In this document: positions 39,201 through 52,880 of the stretch, piece by piece
Position numbering within the stretch: position 1 is the first letter of the stretch
Layout: every line of letters starts with the position of its first letter
Assembly: GCA_050575255.1 (NCBI GenBank)
Contig: JBNZDD010013726.1
Span: forward strand, 3,045,763-3,109,762
Direction: 5' to 3'
DNA from: Harriotta raleighana
Lineage: Eukaryota
Length of the DNA: 64,000 nt
Translations under genes and position numbers: made by a program
Notes under the pieces: generated by a model
Told to the model about the DNA's origin: nothing
The model's input: only the letters and a program-made list of their open reading frames with translations
The model's database searches: none

Positions 39201-40286
39201 TGTTTCTTCTGCTCTCCATTAAATGAAGAAAACATTGAGTAGCAAAATATGATCAGATGCCTCCCACCATAATATATCCTTTTAACTAGAACTGTTGATT
39301 CCCAATCCCTATTCCACTGGGTTTTTTGTTGTTAAAAAAATCATTTTAGTCATATTTTCATGGTTAAAAGCTGGATTTTCTGAAATGTTTCATTCTACAA
39401 ATTGATAGTTTCCATATTTAATTCACTGGTAAGATTTCACATAAAGTTGACACACAAATGGATATCCAAGTATAATTCTGATTCAAATGCATCCTATGGA
39501 CCAAAGCACTTATCATTCACCTTCTTCTGTATAGAATCCAAATAATTTATTATTCCTATCCCACTAAAGAATTCAAATGAACTACATCACCACAACTGTA
39601 TGAATCAAGTATATATTTCCATTACAGTATATAGAATTTCAATTGAACTAAATTGAATCTCATTCATAGCTATTGTGTACCATTCTAGTGGACTAAGCTG
39701 CTTCACATGATCTGGAATTCCAAAAAAACAAATCATTTCTTATTTCATGCAATTTTTATAGAATTCCAGCAGATTGCCCCCACTACCCGCCCACTTCCTA
39801 ATATCTTTTTCAATATTGTGCAGAATGTCAGTATATCAAACTCTTTCTAATCATTTTGAATTGATAGCATTGCACAGTGGACAAAAAATATCCCATTCAT
39901 TCCATCGACAACTTGCGTTTATATAACGGTTCTCACGCAGGGTAGCATCTCAGAGCAAATCATGTGAAATGTTCAATTCAAGCACAAATTATCTGAATAT
40001 ATATTTTATTATTTAGACTTTATTGTTCACCAGCATACAAAATATATCTGGTTAATGGTTAAATTTTTACTTGACAACACCATTGCATTTTCGAATCTAT
40101 TTACTAAATATATTTTTACTTCATCTTTTCTACTGGTTTAATTTAAATGAAATTGGTGAATGTATNTACTTGACAACGCCATTGCATTTTCGAATCTATT
40201 TACTAAATATATTTTTACTTCATCTTTTCTACTGGTTTAATTTAAATGAAATTGGTGAATGTATCTTGTAAAGTGCCACAATATAT

Positions 40287-40668
40287 AACAACAACAACAA
40301 AATTACACTTGTATAGCACCTTTCACGTCAGGAGGACATCCCAAGGCGCTGGACAGTCATTGTTTCAGACCCAAGATGGGGTCGGGGATTGGGACTTGGG
40401 GTTACTGATGGGACTGTCGAAGAGGAAGGCCTTGATGCGGGACAAGAGGAGGCTAGGGAGAGGGTGAGGCGGAGAGACTGTGTGATGGAGTTCCAGAGGT
40501 TGGGGGCAGAGTGGCTGAAGGCTCACCCATGGGTGGGTCGGGGGACGTGGAGTAGGCTGGAGCCTGCTGAGCTGAGGGGGCAAGTAGGGGATTAGGAGGT
40601 CGCAGAGATGGGGTGGGGCAAGGCCCTGGAGGGCTTTGAATGTGAGCACCAGGATCTTGAATCGAATA
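40287..40668 (-). mobile_element. L2 LINE 3' fragment
   Basis: Minus ORF RFKILVLTFKALQGLAPPHLCDLLIPY plus tail ending in (ttg)n. Confidence 0.9.
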
Positions 40669-40939
40669 CATAAGTTTTCCATTTGAAAGTCTTTCATCTG
40701 AATTATACTGATACTAATTCAAGCTTAATATTTCTTGGTAAATTGTATTAAGGTTAATTTCTTGTCAAATTTCCAGGATGTAAACACACAAAATCATGTT
40801 TCAGTCTTACTTTAATGATGTATGCATAAGAGGCAAAACAACAAAAAGCATTTACTATAAAACTGAAAATGCCTTAAGCTCTCTGGTGTGTCTTTTCATG
40901 TGAAGAGTTTATATAAATGTTACATTGAAGACTTCTCTT

Positions 40940-41030
40940 GGAAATTTGCCCAAGGTTTCACCCTGCCTGGATTCGAACACAGGTTTTACGTTTGTAAGGT
41001 AAGTGCTTTAACCACTGAGCTGCAGGCCTC
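40940..41030 (-). mobile_element. tRNA-SINE head only
   Basis: Reverse complement gaggcctgcagctcagtggttaaagcac...gttcgaatcc. Confidence 0.8.
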
Positions 41031-41839
41031 TCTAATACAGTAGTAGGAGTACTGGGGAAACAATACCTGTGGTACAGTTTATGGATGGGCAGAATGTAGT
41101 TGGAGATTGGAGGCCAAGAAAGGAGAAAATATCACATAACGTAGGGATGTGTGGGTATTTTAAAATTATTTGTAAATCATTCAAGGTTGTTAGGTAGGGA
41201 ATTTGCCACTGTTCTCTGTTGCTTCATCAGACAACCTGAATCTCTGAAAAATACTGATCATGAAAACCTATTCTAAATTCATATAAATATCCAGTAACCT
41301 CACAGTGTGGATCTCTGAGTTTTTGTAGTTGGTGATGTAAAACAATTCATTGAAGCATATAAATCTTCCATGACTAAAATATTTGACCATATTGGTTTAT
41401 ACCTGATAGTACTGTAACTTGAACCTAGAGGAATATCTGATCCACCAGTAGTGAAATGTGACACTAGTTGGGATCACTGTCCTGAACCGATTCATAACAG
41501 CAAAATCCAGAAAAATTCAATCTCACATCAGCATTATGACACCATCACTTTGTATTCATCCCACCACACCTCATGTATTTTACTAAATGCACAGTGTATA
41601 ATGAAGCAGAAAGTTGACAGACATAGTTTTGAGCATGACCAGGAATCGAAGGACCAGACAATATCTGCACTCTTGTTACAAGTGCATCTTTAATTCCTCT
41701 AAGTACAGTACAGTATCTCACTTGAAGAGATGGAATGGTTTGGGTAACAGGTCATAAAAAATTGTATTAGATTTTTAATTCTATGCTTATATTCTTACAA
41801 TGTGAAAAACCAAATGGCTTTCACTCATTTTTTATTTTT

Positions 41840-42240
41840 CTTTGGACTTCAATTGGACTGCGCAGGATGAACCAAACTTTGTTTCCCTTGGAATTTCCAG
41901 AGAATGTATTTCATATCCTGAAGTGTTCAATAATTCAGGTCAGTTGACAGATCATTGAGACGTCCGTCATACTTGTGATGGTACAATTGAAATTGTGTTA
42001 CAACCCAGATATTTCCACTCTTCTTGTCACACTCGCAATGGCCTGGCCTCTCCTGTGCCTTTCAAGTATTTTTGGAAGGTGATGGTCGATGCTTCAGATA
42101 GAATATGTCATATCATTGTATGACAGCCTCTACGTTGGAGATTAACTACATATTCCAACAATATCAGCACAATTGATCATGTAATGTTTGACAATATTTC
42201 TGCAGCATTTTTCAAGTGATCCACTGCAGATCAGGTGCCT
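41840..42240 (-). mobile_element. Degenerate RTE-clade LINE RT fragment
   Basis: Reverse complement remnants resemble G..IN..KT, KYLG...IS.DG.L and I...TK motifs in RTE order. Confidence 0.4.
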
Positions 42241-42438
42241 GGAATTGTGTGTCGATGTAATCAATTTAATCCTTCAGCCATGATCCCAAAACAATATATA
42301 AATATTAGAGATAAAACTTTGGGATTGGTGAAGTAGATCACAGTGTGTTTTTATTCTCCAGCTAAGCATTCTTATGATCATTTGTAAAATGGGCACAGGT
42401 ATTATGAGTAAAGAAGGGAAGTCTGATGTTAAAGAAAT

Positions 42439-42602
42439 ATAATAATCCTTGCATTTAATATAGCGCTTTTCACGTTTTATCAACATCTCAAAGCACTTCA
42501 CAGAATAGACTGTAAAGTGAATTGACTGTATATTTGTGGGTGAAACATGACAGCCAATTGTTCACAGCAGTGTCCCACAAACAGTCGTGGATTGAAATGA
42601 TC
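42439..42602 (-). mobile_element. tRNA-SINE 3' half
   Basis: Reverse complement of the SINE tail and body. Confidence 0.85.
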
Positions 42603-42925
42603 TTGCTTCAGAGACTGAAGGTTGGGGGTTCAAGATCCACGTCAGGACGCTTTGCTGACGCTCTATGGTGTAGTGTTGGAGGAATGCTGCATTGTCGCAG
42701 ATGCTGTCCTCTGGATGAAACATCTGCCTATTCTGGTGGGTGTTAGAAATTCCATGGCACTATTGTACTTGCAAAAAGAGTGGAGTTTGTTCTCGTGTCC
42801 TAGCTAATAATCCTCCAGATAAAATTGATTATTCACTTCATAGTGCAAATTTGCTATCACTTACAAATACGGAGTCGCTTTACAGTAAGTCTTCAGAAAT
42901 GCTTTGACACATTTGAATGACACGA
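42603..42925 (+). mobile_element. Deu-domain SINE (SacSINE1/AmnSINE1-like)
   Basis: gaaggttgggggttcaag...gatgctgtcctctggatgaaac...tccatggcacta...gtgtcctagctaata. Confidence 0.7.
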
Positions 42926-43884
42926 CATACTTCAACAAATATTTTTTGCTCCTGTGGCTTCAATGCTAATAAGTATAGCAAACAGGAGGAATGAGGTTTA
43001 AAAACAATTGCGATTAAGAAATATCCATTATCTTGGAAATGATCTTCATTTAAATACACTTTACCTTTTCATGGCCATGGAATGTTAAATTTCTATTGAA
43101 ATGCATGTGAAAGGACTGGAGCTGCTGAGTGTCAGCTCAAATAGTTTGTAGCAAAAAAGACTATCATAAAAGAAATGGATAGTGAACTTGCCTACCATCA
43201 AACAATTTAATAGTTCAAATTTTGTCAGAAGCATTTATAGGAAGAAAATAGTGAAAGAACTCCTTAAGCTAAATGTTCATTCTCTGAAGAAACAACACTT
43301 ACTATGAATACCAAATCAAGACAGTAGAGAGGATAAAAATCAATCCCAAACCAGCTATAAAAGTAGAATTAACATAGCACAATGGCTGTCGGGAAGGATG
43401 CTGGTTGAAATCCTTATCAAATGATTCAGAAGAAAATATAATCCATTTTATGAATACATTGCAGTCCTTAAATCTTGAATAAAACTTTTCAAAACACAAT
43501 CTCTATTTCAATAACAATACTCTCTTATCAAAAATATGCAAAATCGCCATACTGAAATAAACTGCTTCCACACACTGCACTCTACAAGAACATTCTGTAT
43601 CTCTCAATAATCAAACTTAATTTATCACTAAAGTTATAAACCTCTCAACTGACATCCGTTTGCACTATGTTGGTATTCATAAACAGTACAAATATTGTGC
43701 TTACACTTTTAAAATAATGGATCAAATGATTCAAACTTCTGAATTGCCGTTTTGAGATCCAATTAATCTTTTCACAGTTTACCAGGTAAACTCTAATATT
43801 GACTGGTACTCAGCAATTTATGTATTTAAATTTATTGTAATTCCAGCTATTGTTCATTTATATTTTATGTAGATGGAGGTATTA

Positions 43885-44035
43885 ATAATCATCCCAGAAT
43901 TTTTGCCTTATCATGTTATTGAGATGTCCCAAAGAGCTTCACAGCTTTACTGTAAAATGTGTATCACGGTATAATTAGTAACTGTATTTGCTCACAGCAA
44001 TGTCCCATTAACTATCATGAAATGAGTGACCAGTT
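43885..44035 (-). mobile_element. Degenerate tRNA-SINE 3' half
   Basis: gccttatcatg...aaagagcttcacag...cagcaatgtccca...tgagtgacca. Confidence 0.65.
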
Positions 44036-46795
44036 TTATTTGGGGGTTGGACAGTGGTGGTTTCGCGTACTTGATGATTTAGAACTAGATATGCTTAGCT
44101 ACTGTTAAGAAATTATTGCTTATTTTTCAGAGCTCTGCAACTAAGGTAAGATTATTCGCCTTACCTTATCTAATAGTAAATGATGTACAGTACCTCTTTA
44201 CCAGCTGTTAATATGATCAATAATTTATTTTCAGCCTGAATTTAATCATCCTCAATGAGACATATACAATGGGGCATACAAAGGAATACTTTTTATTTGA
44301 CATAATGTATTGGCTATTACATTCAGCAATCTTATGATGAATGCTTTTCTTAAGCATGCATTTGCACATTCCTGGAACCATACATCATTAAGAACCTCTC
44401 ACATTCAGGTGGTATAATCCTATTGCAGGAACAATTTTTGAAATATAATGCCACAGCAAGTAATAATGCTAAGATTTACCAGTAGGTCTGCATATAAAGA
44501 TCTCATCTTCCATTCTTAGCAAATCCCTTCCTTGCTAGTACTGAAAGAAGGTAGGCATCTGAAATCTTGAACATTTTGAAAAGGTCTATTGAAAGTAACT
44601 GCCCGATAAACACAATAAACAAGTAATCACATCTGCTATCATCCAGTGAATACATCCCCCATTGTATCAATTGTTACTTGAAGAACAGAAATATGTTCTA
44701 TAAAGATTTAATAGATGATCAAAATGTTTGAAGGGTAATAATTCAATGAGGAATCTGATTCAGTCACCAATTACATTCTCGGTAAAGAAAAACTTTAAGA
44801 TATCTGGCCCTGAAGTTTTACTGATGTGATTTCTTAACAAGGAAACAGTGTACAATAACTAGATCTTGTTGGAACAGATTTTCTCAGTCAATTGAAGTGA
44901 GGATTAAAGAAATTACCACATATAAGAGTTCCCCTTCCTCGCCTTCACCATTAATTGTATTGGTGCAGGTCTCTCACCATTAATAGTATTGGTCATTTAC
45001 TGCCTCCTAGGTTATTGATGATGTGTGACAAGAATTCAACTGAGCAATGAAATGTGTTTCGCTCACTGAAAAAAACATTAAAAGTATAATTATACAGTAA
45101 ATTGGAGAAGTATGAACAAGAAGGTCTGCATGAACTTGTCTCAATATCTGCCCTTACCTTGTGCTCAAGTGGCCATTTAAATGAAAAACAAAGCCGTTGC
45201 AGGGTATATACATGCCTTGATATTGAATATTAATAGAAAGATGTCTTCAAAATGTATGTTAATATGATAAATTGTGCATTTATACAAACTCAATTTTTTT
45301 TCTCTCATGGTTGCTGATCTTCATGTAAAATTGAACTACTCTGACAATTAGAAACAGAAACATACTGTAAATATTTGCATCTTTTTAACAAATCAGTGCC
45401 ACCTGAAATGCAATTTTAATCTAATTAAAATTGAGTTGCTCACTTTAACATTATTTATTCACAGAATTCTATTATGGTATATATTTAGATGATATATACA
45501 CCATATATACTACCAGTATTACCAGTGTGTATGTCTGTGAATATTCCATTCCCTCCTTCAGAATAGTTTTTCAGTTTTATTTGAAGAAGGCCTCAGGAGA
45601 CTTCCCCTTGCTACANGATATATACACCATATATACTACCAGTATTACCACTGTGTATGTCTGTGAATATTCCATTCCCTCCTTCAGAATTGTTTTTCAG
45701 TTTTATTTGAAGAAGGCCTCAGGAGACTTCCCCTTGCTACAGATACTAGGAATACTTGTCACAGGGATTACAGATACCAGTAATTACACAATATTCAATA
45801 GGCCATGCTAATATTTTTTTTCCTGCCTATGGCATTAAGGATACTGTATATGATAAAGGAGAATTCCTTCAGAAACCAGGTCAAAGGCGCAAACATAATT
45901 CAAAAGATTTCAACCTCACTATGACAACTACTATATTTATAACAACGTAAGATAAAATTCACACAGCCAAATGTGCAACCTCACAAGGTTTGCATTTTTG
46001 TGTATGTTTTTGTATTCACTAAATCCAGAGGAGAGATTATGTTGCTTCCAAGGTTTTTAATCGTATCTGAATGTACAGTTGTGTTTTCAGTGATGATAAT
46101 TAATGCTGATAGGGCTTAAAACATTAGTTGTAAAGGAAAATACTTTTATTATCAAGCAATATTTGTTTTGTAATGAAAAGTCTCCAATATTAATAGGTTA
46201 TATCTGTTCTAAACCTCTTCTAATTTTAAGCTTTCCATATTGTGTTCCCCCAGGGCTCTGTTCACTTTGTTCCATCTTCATATTAATGTTCTCCATCATT
46301 CATCCATGCATCATTCCAACTTAGTTCAAATTTTACTTCTCTGTGTAACTCAGCAACTTTTTAACTTCAACATCAAATGTTGGTGGGATATTTAAGGTCA
46401 AAGGTAAATAAAGTTTATTCCTCAAATGTCTGTTTCTAATTTACCTTCTCTTTGTTTTTTTTTCTATGAGACTTATTTGGTTTAATTTCTTGGATTATAC
46501 TATATCCTAAATTATACCTTGTGTTTTCTCTACTATTCATTTGAGATTATTATTTTTAATTCTAGTACTTTAAAATATGTGGGTAGAAATTCCACCTGGA
46601 TTTATCCTATTAACATTAGCCTTTCAGATTGTGCAGATTTTAACAACATTTTTAATTCTGTTTTAAGTTTGAAGCTCATTTTCTGTACTTATTAAAATTC
46701 CTAGTGTATATCTAGAACTATGTCAAAATTCCAGTGATAGTTCCCCAGTGTTATTGCAATGGAAAACAATGTGGATGATCCTCAGTGCATGAATG

Positions 46796-47130
46796 GTGAA
46801 CCATTCGAAGGAAGTGTCATAAAGATCTGTCAGATTCTAAAGGAAATTAAGAAAGTCAATAGAGAACAATACTTTCAGATCCAACATAGCAGTAGATCAA
46901 AAAGCTACAGGTTGTGGGTTGGAAGGAGCAAATTCAGAACAGACAACATAAGTATTTCTTTACCCAGAGGGTAACTAATGAGTGGAATGGGTTACCAGGA
47001 AAGGTGTTTGAGGCCAGGATGCTGGATTCCTTTAGGAAATAGATTGTTGCTACATTAGAAAGTGAGTAGGGTGAGTATTCTTGAAGGATAAAATCAAATG
47101 GGCCAAAGGGCCTTCTTCACCTCAACAAAA
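46796..47130 (+). mobile_element. CR1 LINE 3' fragment
   Basis: ORF remnant KICQILKEIKKVNREQYF...KFRTD; ttctttacccagagggtaac...tggaatgggttacc; tail gggccaaagggccttctt. Confidence 0.75.
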
Positions 47131-47210
47131 TCTTAACCAAATATTCATGAATGGTCCCATTTTGTGGATAAGATATATCTTATTAACTAACCAGAGTATG
47201 ATCTCCATGT

Positions 47211-47340
47211 TAAACAAAAGACAAAATACTGCAGATGCTGAAAATCTGAAATAGAATGCCTCTGTGGGGAGAGGAAAGTGAGTTAACGCCTCAGGTCGAT
47301 GATCTCCCCATAGATGTTGCCTGACCTGCGGAGTCTTCCC
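47211..47340 (+). repeat. Chondrichthyan-type short repeat (aaatactgcagatgctg...gatgttgcctgacctgc)
   Basis: Recognisable repeat motifs; family assignment uncertain. Confidence 0.5.
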
Positions 47341-47708
47341 ACTTGATATAAAGCCTCATCGCGTCTTCAAAACATCTCAAAGCACTTCACAGAATATATG
47401 TTAACGTGAATTGATTATATATTTTGTTGGCAAAACATGGCAGCAAATGCACACAGCAGTGTCCCACAAGCATTTGTGGATTGAATGACCAAATTATTAT
47501 TATTTATTTGTTTGTTTATTTTGGAAGGATTAGTGCCCTCAAAAAAGCAATTCGCCAATCAACTAACAACCAGGTTCCTATTTACTGCCAGGTTAGCAGA
47601 GGAGTGTAGAGTAAGGAACTTGCCCAACATTTTGCCCTGTTCGGGAATCAAATCCAGGTCTTCTCACTTGCAAGGTGAGTGTTCTAACTATTATACTGCA
47701 GGCCTCCA
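47341..47708 (-). mobile_element. tRNA-SINE, near full length (long-body variant)
   Basis: Head, body and tail all present on the minus strand. Confidence 0.88.
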
Positions 47709-50665
47709 CATTTTAGTATTTAGGTCGAATGGCGATACACACCTATAAAGAAATGTGTATCAATTGGAACAGGAGGAAGAAGATATGCTAACTGCTGATT
47801 ATTTTATGATAGATGTGTGGAGATATGTGTTCGTTGAGTGAACTTCAATGTTTGTTAATGCAACATTACTACAAAACTGAGTGAGGGGCCAATTTTACTG
47901 TATGAACATAAATGATGGAGAGCTTTGCATCAAAAATCTAGTCGCACTCCTCAATTTATTTTTCTCTGCAGAATGATCCACATTTTAGTCTGGCCTAAAG
48001 TCATGTTTAGGAGCCATGTGTCACAGAGAAGGTTAGTGATGCTTGGTTTTCTAATACTTTCTGATCCCACTGCCTTGGGAAGCCGTAATGAATCCAATTT
48101 GTCACTTTGAAGGAAACTACAGTTGAGATCTTTGCCTGTGGCTGTGACTGGGCTAAAAGCTGTAGAGAAGGTCACAGCTGGTGCTGCCTGTTTCTTGCTC
48201 ATCCTCCAAGAGAGGTCCCTGGGTGGCTGGCAGCTTTCCTCCAAAGCTTATCCATTGCCGTCTCTTTCCATTGAATTTTACCTACTGAGGGTTTGATGTT
48301 TATGGGTGTGAGTTGTGATGTATTGGGTCACATAATCAGACTGAATCTTGCAGGTTCAGATTATTTACTTTATACAATACTTGAATTCTCCTACTTCCTC
48401 CACAAATCAATTCTCCAGTCCCTGTACGTAGAATTTAAATGAAATGTAATTTATTTTTCACTTTGTGCCCTGAATTAAATTACTGCTGTTCTTACTGAGA
48501 TCTTTGGATGCTGTTGCTGTATTGTAATGTGCTGCAATAGGAGCCAGGAATCCATGGCAATCAGTACAGGCTGGTGCAGTAAATTCTGTAATGGGAAAAT
48601 GCACTTGTTCCAGATAAGTGGGGGTTGAGGAAGATGTAAAACATTCATTGTGAAAACAGACCTACTTTTGAATGACATACTCTGCAGAAAATTTAGATGG
48701 TACCTCATATCATACTGATAGGCCAGAAAGCATAGAATGTCGTAATAAATATACTAAAATTAAGAGAGAGATTGCCAATTAGATTAGGGACAATGGAGCA
48801 CATGCCTGAGAAATGAAATCTAGACTGAAGGCGTTGTGTTGATAAATAAAACAGATAACCAAGAAAGACAAACACAGATCATGAAACACAATTGGATTTT
48901 TCTCATCAGTGCCCATGTGGGGGTGATCAGAAATATTTGGGAGACACTTCCATATTTCTTAAAGCAAATCAGTAAAAAAAAAAGCAAGCTTTTTCAAAAT
49001 CAATTATGATCAATTATCGTTAAAGAAATATATAGTCATTGTTTTGGTCAGCTGAAACACCATACAGTAAAGGTTGGCTTAGGTGTATCTAAACTAGAGT
49101 AAGTTCCATGCATGTCACCTACACATGAAAATTCCCATATTTGGGCCTGAATCCACACTCTCCCCAGAGTGTAATAAGCGCAGGTTGACAAGAGCCAAGG
49201 TTTTGGTACCCCAGAGTGTGCATTAAGATTTTACTAGAGTTTAACCATTTTAAATGGTATAGCTTGCCATTGAGGGCACTAATTAGGTCTATTTGCAGCC
49301 TATTACAATTAAAGGCGTATTTACTAAGACAGACACTAATGAACATAATTATACAGCAATAATGAATTTTAAACCACCTCCAGCAGCTCAGTTACCCACA
49401 ACTCTTTCTAAATGAGCAAGCTACGATTTGATTTAATTGAAATAAATTCTCCTTTCCATTATCTGAGCCAACGTTGTACAAGTCTCTTCCTAGTTAATAG
49501 TATCCACTGCAGCATTCTCTGATGATACCACACATCTTCGCTAGAACATATACAGTATTTGGATTAATATTTGGTTCTGAAACGCATTAATGAATTAAGC
49601 AGATATGTGGGTTACAAAATAGATGGGTGTTGGTCTAAGAATAAGTAGAATTTGTGAAAAAAAAGAAGTTACCATCTATATTAAAGCCAACCACACCAGT
49701 ATTATAAAATCTCCTTTGGATGAAGCTGTGAATACCTATTAAAAGTGGCGCTAACTGATAGCAATGTGCTTTAGTCAGATTTCTGCATTCCTTCTCAATT
49801 TATTACATTTCTAATCCATTGAGCTGCACAAACTCTATGAAATGGAATCTTTTAATTGTTATGTTTGAGAACAGTAAAGAATGCTTCTGCACATCAACGA
49901 TGGCAGAGGAAACAATCTGTGAGTATATGCATTCATGTATGCAGTAGGCAATTTATTTTAAATGCAATATTGTAAAATTATGAACCTTCCCAAGATATCA
50001 GTCACCTGGTATATTGCATTAAAAAGCAATGGGCTTTTAAGCAATTTAGGAAAGTGCATCAATTACTGCAATTTAAATAGTAACCCCCCCTCCCCCTGCT
50101 GTTAGAAAGTATTTTAATTCTGTCTAGTTGATCCCCGATGGAAGAAAGTTGAGTTAATTTGGAGGTAATCAGGGTGAATTTAATTGAAAGTTGCTAGAAA
50201 TGTGCCTGTAGAAGGGGAAATATTACTAAAATATAGGAATTTATGTCTCCTGACCAAAATATAGCCAATTATAAATACTAGTAGCTTTGTCATTTATTAC
50301 CCTTCTCACTTTTTGTTTTCTATCTGAATCATACTTTTATTTGCCTTTGTTTTCATATCAATGTATTTGCCTCTCTTATCTTAGTTTTAAGCTAAATTTC
50401 AGGTCTGTCCCTTTGACCTCACCGCTGACTCACGTTGTGGTGCATTTATGCAACTTATTTTCCAAGGCACATACACAGAGCATTTGCTTGTTTGTTTTCT
50501 TCTAAGAAAAAACATTTTGTTGTCATTTTGGGCTTACAGCAAATTATAATGTTCCCTCACTCCTATATGTCGGCCCAGTTGTATCACTTTTTTGGTGTCA
50601 GTCATCTGTCTGACACTTATGGAACATTTCCCTTCTTTAAAGGCTTCTTGACTCATTGAATTGTT

Positions 50666-50731
50666 CAGCGCCGTGGGACGTCCACCTGATGTGAAACACG
50701 CTCTATAAATGTCATTTTATTGTAGTTGTTG
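50666..50731 (+). mobile_element. Solo L2 3' tail
   Basis: cagcgccgtgggacgtcc...gctctataaatgtcattttattgtagttgttg. Confidence 0.75.
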
Positions 50732-51204
50732 AATGCGGGTCATTTTCCATATACAGTACTTCCTTACTACATTCTCCTTCACTGTTTTTAAATGTGATTT
50801 AAAGTGTTGGAGATAATTTATTTTGACAAATTGTTTCCTTCACTGGAAACCTCTACTACAACTTGACCTCTTGTTGGGGGAAGGATCATAACATTCTTAG
50901 GAGACATTGGGTTTTAAGCTGCTGGAGAAACTGTCCCAGTGACATTTCCCTGGTGGATGATGCACTTATCTTAAGGTAATGCTGATAAATCAAAACTGAC
51001 AGAAGACCACACCACAGGGAATCAATCTTACAGTCAATGGAGAGAAGCCAAGCAACAAAGTCTAAGAACATTTTGTTTTAAAAGAAAGAGCCAAAATATT
51101 TAAATACATTTTCAAATGGCACACCACACCCAATGATTTCACTAAATGATTCAGTGGAAATTCTGCTGCTATACATGAAGCTAAATGAATAATACAGTAT
51201 ATAT

Positions 51205-51632
51205 TAATTCTTGGATTTAATTTAGCACCTTTTATTGTAAAAAGGAGGACATCACAAAGTGCTTCACAGAATTTCTCTTCATTTGTAGTGACCCTGTATG
51301 TTGGAGATGAAGGTAGCAGAAAATTTGCACACAACAAAGTTGAAAATGAGCTATTGAAGTGAACAATAATTTTTATTTTATGGATTGTTGGCCAGGACAC
51401 CAGGAGAAACTCACTTAATGGCATGGGATCATTAACATCCACCTGAACAGGCAGACACAACCTCAGTTAAAAGTCTCATCAAAAGGGTGGCATCTTCAAC
51501 AATTCAGGGCCATGCCAGTACAGCATTGAGGTGTCAGCATAGACTGCAAGTTTAAAATGCTGATTTGAGGGTTTGAACCAACAACCTTCTGTCTCAGAAG
51601 CGAAAAAGCTACCAACTGAGTCAGGCTGACAC
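51205..51632 (-). mobile_element. Deu-domain SINE, near full length
   Basis: Reverse complement: tRNA-like head gtgtcagcctgactcagttggtagc, Deu core gatgagac...tctgcctgttcaggtggatgttaatgatcccatg...ggtgtcctggccaac, and an L2-like tail. Confidence 0.8.
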
Positions 51633-52155
51633 CAATTAATTAAAGTACTCTGCTGTGGCCCTGTGTTTCTATCATAGTCCTAACCACAAGAATAAAAAAC
51701 ACAGCTGGATCATTAACTGAAGCTTTATGTAACAGCTCCAATGCTAAGTGGTACTGTAATTGGACTGAGCAGCATTACAGGGCATGGTAATAGAAAAGAA
51801 TATACTCATATTGGCAGTATATTACAAGCCTGTGACTCCCCCATTTTCTATTCTGTGCAATGCATAGCACGTCTTACTGTATCCTGTTGCGTTGCCAGCA
51901 CAATCAGTTTGCAAACAATGCCATAGTAAATGTATACAGTTCCTGGTTGACTACTTCAGTCCCCTTTTAAGTGAGTGCACAAATCAATTTGGCTGCAACT
52001 TCCTGGGGTTCTCTTTACGCATTTGGTCAAGATACAGTACTTTTGGTGGTAATTTTGGAGAGCCCTTTTAGTAAACTTCTGTTAAACTTCATATAATTTA
52101 GTGCACCTGAGAAAACCTATGTTTTGGCTAATAAATGATTAAATCTGTAATCCAG

Positions 52156-52468
52156 TGGAGTACTGTAGTTTAATGATTAGAGCACTCACCTTGCAAGTGA
52201 GAAGACCCAAGTTCAATTCCTAGCCAGGGCGAAATATTGGGCAGGTTTCCTTAATCTTCATGCCTCTATTCACCAAGGAGTAAGTAGGAACCTGTTTGTT
52301 AGTCGATTGGTTGATCACTTTCCCGACTGAGATAATCGACGACTGTTTGTGGGACACTGCTGTGCGCAATTGGCTGCCATGTTTCACCCATAAAATATAG
52401 TCAAGTCACCTTACAGTATATTCTGTGAAACACGATAAGGCACCATGTTAAATGCAAGGATTATTATT
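52156..52468 (+). mobile_element. tRNA-SINE, full length (long-body variant)
   Basis: A and B boxes, body, (att)n tail. Confidence 0.9.
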
Positions 52469-52764
52469 AAAAGATTTCATGTTTTATGTTTCTAATACAG
52501 CAGTATATTTGATGATGTGGATAATGGATAGCACTGCTAATCAGTAATTACATAAGTACTGAAAATCCAATTACAAAAATCAACATACAAGTGCTATTAT
52601 ATTGAAGTCAAAAATTGTCAGTTTCACAGAAAGAATCAAACATACCGCAGTTTCCCAAATAAACAGTAAGGATTTAAATTTTACGAGCCTGAGCATTATT
52701 GGTAATAATGTGCAACATGACATTGTAACCTATGATAATCCTGGATTCAAAAACTTTCTGGACA

Positions 52765-52880
52765 TAATAATAAGAATCATTGCATTTGATATAGCACTTT
52801 TCATGTCTTCCAAACATCTGAAAGCTCTTCATAGAATATACTATAAAGTGAATTGATGGTATATTTTGTGGGCAACAAAA
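52765..52880 (-). mobile_element. tRNA-SINE tail fragment
   Basis: Reverse complement of the SINE tail. Confidence 0.8.
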
